20,000 nt of DNA, taken from Spirogloea muscicola (Eukaryota). The notes beneath the pieces are model-generated. The model was not told the DNA's origin. It saw only the letters and a list, made by a program, of their open reading frames with translations, and did not search any database. The translations under genes were made by a program, and so were the position numbers. Below are positions 1 through 9,409 of this stretch, piece by piece (the stretch's first letter is position 1; every line of letters starts with the position of its first letter). The stretch covers positions 1,446,234 to 1,466,233 of the forward strand of contig WELB01000002.1 in the NCBI GenBank assembly GCA_009602725.1, in the 5' to 3' direction.

Positions 1-651
1 AAGGTGGCGAGCACCATCAGCGGTGACTTCTTGCTCAGACGTGCAATCTACGGCGGCGGCGAGTGGGGTCGCGGCTGCGCCTCGTCGTCGGCATCGGCCA
101 ACCATCACACGGCCAGGTCCTTCTGCCGGTGAGCCTCCCTAAGCAATGGAATTGGCTGTCGCCAAGAGAAAATAGCAGTTGGTGAAGGCCCCGGCTCTGT
201 TACATGACAGCTGGTCGAGCGCGGTAGCCAAGGCCAATGACTGCAGCCTCTAAAGATGCGGCAGCCGAGGCAGGCCAACGCCGCTGAATTGGGGTTGACA
301 CATGAAGTCCCACCTCGCCGTCCATGTCAACAAGGTCGTCGACGATTGCGACGCAGTGGAGGTCGTCGACGAACACCGAGACCCCTTTCACCATGTGCTG
401 GATACGATTCCGCGTCCAATTGGTGTAATTCTTCTCGGTCCTGCCGGCCGGTTGAGGTTCCAATTAAGACGGTGCACCAAAGGCCAGACTGACTGGCATC
501 AATGCCCGGTGCCGGGACAGCCGGGTCCCCAGCCCTTGCCGTGGCGCGGAGAAAGGCATATGGGCGCGCACCAGTGCCATCCGTTGACGTTGCAGCCGTC
601 GTCGCGGTCCTCGACGAGCCAGCGGGGGTCGCCTTCGCCCCACTTGGCCAT
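1..651 (-). CDS. AHA1: Activator of Hsp90 ATPase (Aha1/AHSA1) N-terminal part; gene continues beyond the left edge
   Basis: Exon 1 651-572 encodes MAKWGEGDPRWLVEDRDDGCNVNGWHW, nearly identical to the AHSA1 N-terminus (MAKWGEGDPRWIVEERADATNVNNWHW). GT-AG intron 571-441. Exon 2 440-314 encodes TEKNYTNWTRNRIQHMVKGVSVFVDDLHCVAIVDDLVDMDGE (Aha1_N-like), donor GT at 313. A possible exon 3 starts at 47 (IARLSKKSPLMVLAT..) but is uncertain. Confidence 0.9.
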
Positions 652-1153
652 CGCCAACAACGCCGCCCCCCCCCCCTTGAGGGGGGGGGAGGGGTTTGGT
701 GCGGCGTTGCCCTCGGAGCCCTAGAACCCCCGGCCGCGGCCCCGCCGCCGCAGCCCGCACCTCGATCGCCGGCGGGAGTCGCGCCGCAATCCGCGGCGGG
801 AGTGGCGCCGCGGGGCGCGGCAGGCGGCGCGCGGGCGGCGCGGGCACCTGGAGGCTTCTGGACTGGGGGCTAACGAGCTGGAGGGCACTTGCCGGTGATT
901 ACCGGTGCTAACCGGGTAACCGGTGAACCCTCTGGTAATTCTGATCTGCACTTGCTGTCTAGAGATTTTTGTTGCAGCCATTGCCTTACTTGCAGCAATT
1001 AACTTACACAGGAGGTGCTGTTTCTCTCTTAACCGGGTTGCGCGCAGCGGCAGGCCCCACCCGGGCCCAGGGTGACGGCCCAAGGCGGTGACGGCGACGT
1101 AAACGGNCGCGTGCGCGGCCGCGGCGCGCCGTGCGGCGGGGCATGAGGCGGCG
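652..1153. promoter_or_regulatory. Bidirectional promoter/5'UTR region shared by AHA1 (-) and FAS2 (+)
   Basis: About 500 bp between divergent ATGs (651 and 1154), with GC-rich flanks and a less GC-rich core around 930-1035. Function is inferred from gene geometry. Confidence 0.6.
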
Positions 1154-4100
1154 ATGAGGGCCCGCACGGTGCAGATCCTGTGGCACGACAAGGACCCCGT
1201 GCTGTCGCTGGACTTCCACGCCTCGGGCCTCCTCGCGACCGCCGGCGCCGACAAGGACATCAAGGTGCCCGGTGCCGTCTTTCGCTGCGTACCGGCTGAG
1301 CAGGAGACCTCCTGCTCTCACCGGTCGTCAATGCACCTGAGTTTGCGGATATCTCTGTATGTCCGAGTCATCATGAATTTGGAGGCTGGCCGCGATTGGA
1401 GCGATGCTAATGGAAAGCAACTGTGGCCTGAAGTTGCAACGAGGGCAGAGCAATTGATTAGCAGGCTTGTCATCTCGGGATGTAAGTCTGCTCGTGCAGC
1501 CCCAAGCCAGCTCAAGTGTTGTTGTCATTCTTAGCAGCTATGGGAGCTGGGAGTTGACAAGGAGGGGTTGCCAACTGCCAGCTACCTATCCAGCCTCAGC
1601 CACCACAGCTACGCCGTCAATGTCATCCGATTCTCTCCTGCAGGTCTGTCTTACATGCTCGGTGACAGGTGCACAGGGCCATGCAAAGCTGATGCTGTGA
1701 TGAGATTTGTTGTATGGGCGTAGAAGAGGAAAATCTGCATATCAGCCGATTACCTTGTCATTGGCGCTTACAGTGGCACAGTTGCCAATCACATGCAGGC
1801 AATGTACTCGCTTCAGGAGCTGATGGTCAGCTTTCCGTCCTCATCAACCAAGAAAGCTTGGGCTGTGGTGCAATGCAGCTCTCTAGCTATATTGTTGTGT
1901 GGAGGTGTGAAGATCTCTGCAAATTCCAGATACCTAGCTTGTGTATCCTTGTTCAATAAACATTGCCCGTACTACAGGTGGGGAGATTTTGCTGTGGAAG
2001 AGTGTTACAACAAGCACTGTGCCGTCCTGGAAGGTGTTACGGACTTTAAGGTGCAGCTTCCTCACCGTAATCTTGACCTTGATGTGACGGCACATTTCGT
2101 TCTCTGAGCTCTGTCCCACTTCTCAGATCCTTCTCTGCAGATCCTGGCCGGCGAGGAGCCAGACTGACATCTGAGATCCGCTAGCCTGCTTGGTTACAGC
2201 CGACACGAAAAGGATGTGCTGGATCTGCAGTGGTCCTCAGACGGGCACTTGCTGGCCTCAGGCTCTGTGGACAACACCTGCATTGTGTGGGACGTCCAGA
2301 AAGGCAAGCAACTTCTACATGGCACCAAATGCATTGCAAGATGGCAGGTAGTCTCACTTTGCTATTGCACAGACATGTTACGTATCATCAGTACAGTCAC
2401 CACTGGTGCTGCAACCTCCACGACTGTCCCAAGGGCTTTCCCAACCATGTTGTGCATGATATGGCTGAGCAGCAGCAAAGTTTCTGACCTTGTGTTTCTG
2501 CAGGGTCACCACAGCACTTTCTCCAAGATCATGTCCACTATGTCCAAGGGGTTGCATGGGATCCACTGGGCCAGTTCTTAGCGACGCAGAGCAGTGACAG
2601 GACCTGCAGAATCTACCTTGCCTCCAGGCTCGCTCCGCTCACGACCAAGAATAGGGTTACTGCGGCTCCTGATGCCTACTCCTGCCGGCATGTTATCTCA
2701 AAGAGAAGTTTTGCAAATGAGGCCCTTTGCCTGCCTACTCCAAAGACCAGTGGTGCTACTCCTACAGCAAAGGTAACAAGCTGATGCTTGTATGCTCATC
2801 ATGTGCTACTCTCGTGCTAACATTGTGCAAGCATTTGTCTGTAAGTATTATATTGAGAGACATACCAGACGCTCGCTTGCTTTATGCCAACCTTGCTTAC
2901 GAGCCATGCATGTAAATGAAGAGTAAGCAATACCGTTTCACTGCACTCATTTCTATGGCTTGCAAGTATTACTTGCATTGAGCAATCTTTCAATCCAGGT
3001 GTCCACTAAGCACCATCTGATGCTTGACGAGACCTTACCATCGTTTTACCGCCGCCTAGCCTGGTCCCCAGACGGATCATTCCTTGTCATTCCTGCTGGT
3101 AAGATGATGAAGTACTCCCACACCATATATTTGAGCAATACTTGAGGTATTCTGAATGACGACCTTTCATGGCGCCCGTTCTCATCCCATCCGAGTGACA
3201 TCTCAAGTTCAGGTTTCCACCTATATTTGAAAATATAGAAGGCATCATACACCTATGCCTGACAAGATCTCCACGGCTACAATCGCAGGAATGTACAAGC
3301 AGAGTGCTGATTCACCAGCATTGAATACTGCTTATGCGTTCTCCCGCAGAGACTGGTCTAGGTGAGGACCGCTACGTCTCTAGGACCCGATGCTGCCACA
3401 GCAATAATAGCTGTTGGCTTTCTATATGTTGACCAAAGACTGGTATCAGAGAGCTGACTGGGCAACAATGCCTAATCTGTTCATTCAAGGAGCAAGGTCA
3501 ATTGAAATTGGAATCCTCTCGTTGCAGGCCATCGTTTCTTCTGCCATCACCTGTTAAGGCAGTTGTAGCAGTACGATTTTGCCCTGTGTTCTTCCGGCCT
3601 TCCTTGTCTCCATTGAAGGGCGAGGATGCCAGTAAGTGCCATTCCGATTCTGTGAATGTTATCAACAATGCCGCAGAGCTTGTAGTCCTTAGACCTGCAC
3701 TTGCAGCCGCTAGGTGAAAGCTGAGAGGCATTTTGAGGCATTCTACATGTTTAGCACAAGGCCAAAGAGGTGTGAGGTCAAGTAACCTTTATCAGACTGT
3801 GTGCCACAACATTCTAACAACCTCATATTTCCACGATAAGAAGTTGACGTCTGACAGCTCTTCCACTCTGTCCTTATGTCCTTCGGAGAATGCAGCAACA
3901 TGTGGAAGTACCTTCAAACTCCCCTATAAATTAGTGTATGCTATTGCGAGCCTCAATTCTGTCTACCTGTACAACACCGAGCAGCTGCAGCCAGTGGCTG
4001 TACTTGGTGGCATCCATTATGCAGCAGTAACAGACATTGCCTGGTACTGCATACCTGAGGAGCCTCTACTGCAATTAGTTTAATCAGCAACCACTCGGAT

Positions 4101-4586
4101 TGTGGCTTGTGAAATTGTGGTCATCAAATGCACGGCATCTTGCTGCCCTTGTTGACGTCCAACTATTGCTCCTCAGGTCACAGGATGCCAAGTTTTTAGC
4201 AGTTTCGTCTCAAGATGGTTACTGCACAATTGTCAGCTTTGAGGCTGGAGAGCTTGGAACCCCGCTTGCACTTGCAGGTGCCTTCCTCGCCCACCATGCA
4301 CTATCAAATAAGTGTTGATGCCATGTCACTAGTCTATCAGCTCAACAGGGAGTCATATTCTGTGAGGTTCCTGCATGTCTGGAAGGTAGAACACTTTGTC
4401 TTGGGCGGTTGCGTGCACAACATTCTCATTCAGCAGACTCGTCAGCAAGAGTTTTTGCACATTGTCATCTATTGCATCCTGCACTATCTGACAGCGCCTT
4501 CTGACTTCTCATCAGACCTTCCTTCACATATTGCTGAGGTCCAGCAACGGCTGGAAGATGCAACATCGACTGTGACAGGAGGTTGA
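1154..4586 (+). CDS. FAS2: Chromatin assembly factor-1 subunit B (p60/CHAF1B/FAS2), WD40 protein, ~428 aa
   Basis: Exons 1154-1264, 1538-1643, 1799-1825, 1978-2050, 2200-2303, 2504-2772, 2999-3098, 3289-3361, 3528-3631, 3896-4043, 4177-4277, 4516-4586 join in frame. Motifs: [110 protein letters not shown]. The last exon and stop are less certain. Confidence 0.95.
2304..2503 (+). other. Non-canonical GC-AG intron (FAS2 intron 5)
   Basis: AAG|GCAAGC donor and TTTCTGCAG acceptor are needed to join WDVQK-G to [15 protein letters not shown] in frame. No GT donor lies at the homologous position. Confidence 0.85.
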
Positions 4587-5552
4587 CATCCATGATGCTT
4601 GCTAATTGGAACAACTTACACAGGCCATCTAGGCCGACTTGACTTTGCCAAAGCCTGCACACGGTAGCCATCTGTTCAGTGTTAAGCACTAACAGGGGAT
4701 GGATCCTCAGTTGAGCATGTTGCATCACTGTGATTCAGATGCATTGCTGGTACCCCTCTATGTGAAAGTAACTTTTGCTCGGCAGTGCAAACTTGTACTT
4801 TGTTCTGAGAGCAGCGGGAAGGGTCAAACGATGAGCCCTGTAACTCCATCTTACTCGAGCCTTCTCATACTCGCACTTTGAGCAGTGGGGCATTCTGGTG
4901 GTAATTTTGGATCCTTTGACCAGCTCTTCAATTTGCTTGCAGAGACCTTAGGGATTAAACAGGAATCCCCAAGGGTCCCTGTGTACACACAAGACAAGGT
5001 CTTGTGTGGATAGAATTAAGATGCCCAGTAGGCTAAAAGGGTCTGGAAACAGACGGTAGAAGGTTGAATGTAAACTGCATTGGCAGCTATGGATGCGTAT
5101 CACCTGTCTTATCAGAGAGGTGTGAAGGCAATAAATATGGTGGAAGATACGTCAAATGGCGGACTGTACAGCTCCTCATCGTCCCAAGGCTGTCTAAGAT
5201 CAGGGATTTAACAAAAACTCTTGCCTCATGAATGGCCACTGTGTCAGGCTCCCAAGGAACCCAAAAGCTGCGTGCTCGCCGTGGACAAATAATGCCCCCT
5301 CATCATCTGCGGATTTGTTCCAGCAACGCTCAGGAGCTGTCATGCTACAGCACCCCTACGCTGGCCTCGACTGAATAGAAGTTCCACAACATCAGGGGCA
5401 ACAAAAAATGTAAACTCCTGACAATTACCCTGATCCTAAAGTAAGTGTGGCCTACACGAAGATTCCCAGGACGATGCACAGCTACTGGGCAAGCCCTTGG
5501 CTGTGACTGTCGCAAGTAGAGCAAGGCCCGGCTGCAGTGCATAAAGAATTGG

Positions 5553-8500
5553 TCAGGCCCTCTGCAGCAAGGCCTCGTTGAGGTCATTGGCACTGGAGCG
5601 TTTCCAAGTAAAGTCGCCACCGCTGCTAGCCGCGCGACCCAATGGATCCTTAGGGTCATTGCTGGAGCGTCCATAAGTGCGCGGGAGAATAATGTGAGGG
5701 AAAAGCCAGTGAAGGTACGCACAAAGCGCCACAAGCGGCAGCGAGAGTGCTCCCACGCACACCCTGAGCCCCAGGCTGGCGGCCAGTCGGTCCCGCACGA
5801 GGCCTGTGAGAAAGAAGGACGCCGAGAGCGAGAGCTCGCGCGTGCTGTCCACCCAACCATACACTAGCGTTTCTTTCCGAAGACTGCTTCGGGCAGAAGA
5901 AGCCGTACTCTCCCCGTCCATCTTGGTGCCAGCACCGGCATCGTAGTCTTGCCTCTCGGCCCACCACACAACCTCTGGCACCTGCCAGAATGTCGCCGTG
6001 AGAAGAGAAGCGCCAACGTGGCCATGCCTGCAGCGACCAGCTCTTGACATAGATGGAGCTTTTAGCTTCGTGCTGTCAGAGTGGGTGATCACCTAGAGCC
6101 GCCGTTCAAGAAATGGATCAGTCACCTGAATCTCATAGGCTGCAAAGAGCGCCCCTTGGCCCAGGCCATCGAGTGCTGTGACAACGAAAACCCAGCGCGG
6201 CGCCAGTCCGCGCTCAAAGGCAAACAACAGGAGCAGCTTGGCAAGGACAATGGCCACTAGCGAGAGGCGCAGCATCGGCTCCGGTGGAAGTGCGGCAGGG
6301 AACAAGCCCATGGCCATCTGCGTGAGCGCGTGACCAAGCTGGAGGACGGCCACGGCAGTGATGGAGGCGCTCACGAACGAGTAGCCCGGTATGTGGTCGT
6401 ATTGCAAGTACAATTGCACGAACGCCGGCAGAGACGCCTGTGGCAATGCGCCCAAGCAGGGTCAGGGCAGCGGCATTGGGATGTGCAGCATTGCAGTGCA
6501 ACTGCTGTGAATGAAGTGAAGGCTGTATGTCTGTGTGCAGTTGAGGATCAAGAAAAGGCAAGTTTGGCCTAGGCTGATGTAGACCTGCGTTGTCGTGAGG
6601 ATGCCCCAGAGGAGAAAGTGATTCGACAACAGCACCCAAAATGGCCGCTTCTGCGACAGGCAACATACAAGAACAAAGCGCCCCAGCCACAAAGCAGTCT
6701 GAGCTTTCAACAGGTTGAAGTTCTTTAACGTATTGCACAATCTCACAAGCCAGCACACTGCCACCAGCACACAGGACGAGCAAGCAGACTGCTAGTCAGG
6801 GCCTGTCCTATACATTGCCTGTTTGCACCAGACCTGCCACAGCAGGCACGAGGAGCTGAGCCAGAGTCGCAGCTGGGATGGCTCCGACGCAGGCGGCGCT
6901 TCTGCCGGTGCCGCTGCCAAGTTGGCCTTTTCATCGAGGTCGTGGACAAGCCCTCGTGAGGCAAGACTCTCCCAAACCTCGTCCCGTGATGGCCTGTCCA
7001 GCACTTCGGAGCCACTGTCTACCTCTGCAGCTACTGCTGCAGAGCCAGCGCTGCCGTTGGCAGGGGCAGCCGAGCGGCCCTCGACAGCTCCATTTGGCGC
7101 AGCAAGGACCAGATCCACGCAGGTCAGAGTGGATGAAGGCCCTGCTGCCGGTGGTGCCGAGACTGATCGCGATGCAGTGCTGTCTGCCAGCTGAGTGGGT
7201 GCCTCCACTGCTGCGGCCGCCTGCAAGGCACGCTCGGCAGCCAGGGTCGAGCGCAGCTCGGACAGCACGTTGCATGTGTCGCCTCCATCATAATCTTCTC
7301 CAGCAGCGCTGTGGGCGAGCGGCCAGCGCTGTCCATGCTCCAGGTGGTCGGCGGGAGCAGTACGGGCATGCTGCAGCGCACCGCTGCCGCTAGCAGGCCA
7401 ACCGTCGCTGTCGCCCGCCGCCTCCAGCTCCTCCGCAGAACCCTCAGCGACGGCGACTGAGTTGAGAGCCCCGCTTTCGTTGAGCTCGGCAGGGTCGAGG
7501 GTGTAGTAGTGGTACAGCCCGTAGCGATGGTCCAGACTGAGCTGCTGGGCTAGGTGACGGCCGCGACCGGCCTTGAATTGATTTGGCCCAAACTGTTTGC
7601 CGATGCTGGCGTAGTGACCCAACGAGAAGCGCCGCCGCGGCCGCCAGGCCAGCTGCGGAGGAGGCGGCATCGCAGCCAAGCCCTGGCCTCGGTGGTAAGG
7701 CACCTCGTGCTCCTCGGCGAGCAGCACCCACAGGAGGAAGAGGGCGGCGACGACGCCGCCGACAACGGCGGCCTGGATGAGGTACGCAGACGGGGCGTCG
7801 CCCACGAGCGCGTGCACCACGGCCACGACGAGGATGGCAGCCACCGAGCTGCAGCTGCCGATGCAGAGGCGCAGGACGTTGATGCGGCGCAGCGTGAGCG
7901 GGTCCGACGCGAGCATGGGGATGGAGCCCTCGTACGCGACGATGAGCGTGCCGTAGAACAAGTTGAAGGCGAGCAGCGCTGCCAGATAGTACGCGATCGT
8001 AGCTGCACGGCAGCGCAGGCGAGTTGCAGAGCAAGTCCTCAATGAATACCAGCTAATTATATGTCAATTCCTGCTCACAGTGTACCAGAATGAAATATTT
8101 TGCCCGTTTATGCAAGTTTTTTGTAGCATACCAAACAAGTTGGGAGGAGTGTCACTACTCGCCTTTATTCTGTTTCATTGTTGCCTCACCCTTCTTTAAA
8201 AACACTTCTCCAGCGGCGGCACTAGCCACAGCCGTCGGCAGGGGGAACCGAGCGGCAGCGCTCGAGTCAAATCCTGAACCCCCCTGACCCCAAACCCTAA
8301 ACCCTGAAACCCTGAACTTGAAGCGCACCTGTGATGTGGCGGCCGGGCTGGTGGCCGGGCGCCGGCGGCCACCAGAGCGCGGAGAAGGAGGCGAAGAGGG
8401 GCCCCACGGCGAGGAGGATCCAGAAGCGGTGCTTGCCGACGGCGCGCGGCACGGGGCTGGCCTCGATGGCCACGCTGGCCAGCACGCCGACGCCGACGCT

Positions 8501-8833
8501 GAACAGCTCCGACAGCATCAGCATGGTGCCCGCCAGGGAGCCTGCGCGCCGGCGGCGGCGGGTCAGGCACGGCGGCTCGACAGCCACGGCCGTCGAGACC
8601 GACCTCACAGAAGCTGGGGCGGTGGCCCGCCGCCGGAGCCGTGGCGGGCCAGCGCCAGGGCGGCGCACGCACTGGCGATGCCGGCAGTGGCGACGAGGAA
8701 GTGGAGGGCGTAGGAGGCGAAGAGGGCGTCCATGGCGCACACGGCGTTGCAGAGGCAGAAGGCGGCGTGCAGCGCGGCAGGCGCCGCCAGCGGGCCGCGC
8801 CGCCACCGCGACGTGAACCCCGCGCCCGGCGCC
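5553..8833 (-). CDS. Major facilitator superfamily transporter, MFS_2 / GPH (MelB, MFSD2/MFSD12-like) family, divergent; start codon in the N-gap
   Basis: Exons (gap)8833-8673, 8541-8329, 8002-6834, 6650-6585, 6437-6126, 5981-5553, all GT-AG and in frame. Family-like motifs: GKHRFWILLAVGPLFASFSALWWPP (cf. GRRRPWIL), YYLAALLAFNLFYGTLIVAYEGSIPML (cf. NIPY.ALIPEL), KRPFWVLL (cf. NRPF), VPEVV...RKETLVYG (cf. LPDVV..RREG.FYG). Many hydrophobic segments. Confidence 0.8.
8292..8316 (+). repeat. Telo-box / short degenerate plant-type telomeric repeat (AAACCCTAAACCCTGAAACCCTGAA) in an MFS intron
   Basis: Read directly. Contains the canonical telo-box AAACCCTAA followed by two degenerate units. Confidence 0.65.
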
Positions 8834-9409
8834 NNNNNNNNNNNNNNNNNNNNNNNNNNNNNNNNNNNNNNNNNNNNNNNNNNNNNNNNNNNNNNNNNNN
8901 NNNNNNNNNNNNNNNNNNNNNNNNNNNNNNNNNNNNNNNNNNNNNNNNNNNNNNNNNNNNNNNNNNNNNNNNNNNNNNNNNNNNNNNNNNNNNNNNNNNN
9001 NNNNNNNNNNNNNNNNNNNNNNNNNNNNNNNNNNNNNNNNNNNNNNNNNNNNNNNNNNNNNNNNNNNNNNNNNNNNNNNNNNNNNNNNNNNNNNNNNNNN
9101 NNNNNNNNNNNNNNNNNNNNNNNNNNNNNNNNNNNNNNNNNNNNNNNNNNNNNNNNNNNNNNNNNNNNNNNNNNNNNNNNNNNNNNNNNNNNNNNNNNNN
9201 NNNNNNNNNNNNNNNNNNNNNNNNNNNNNNNNNNNNNNNNNNNNNNNNNNNNNNNNNNNNNNNNNNNNNNNNNNNNNNNNNNNNNNNNNNNNNNNNNNNN
9301 NNNNNNNNNNNNNNNNNNNNNNNNNNNNNNNNNNNNNNNNNNNNNNNNNNNNNNNNNNNNNNNNNNNNNNNNNNNNNNNNNNNNNNNNNNNNNNNNNNNN
9401 NNNNNNNNN
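8834..9409. other. Assembly gap (576 N) containing the MFS and SNX1 start codons and their shared promoter
   Basis: Run of N, with open coding frames pointing away from the gap on both sides. Confidence 0.95.

Noticed and set aside
3104..3155. C-box (ATGATGA) and D-box (CTGA) in FAS2 intron 7 as a possible snoRNA
   Set aside because: Only ~52 nt, abuts the splice donor, no terminal stem, and no guide sequence I can recognise.
5069..5415. TGTAA chlorophyte-type polyadenylation signals downstream of FAS2
   Set aside because: A 5-mer expected by chance and not found consistently after the other genes.
6823..8045. Several overlapping Arg/Ala-rich ORFs on both strands
   Set aside because: Shadow frames of the GC-rich large MFS exon.
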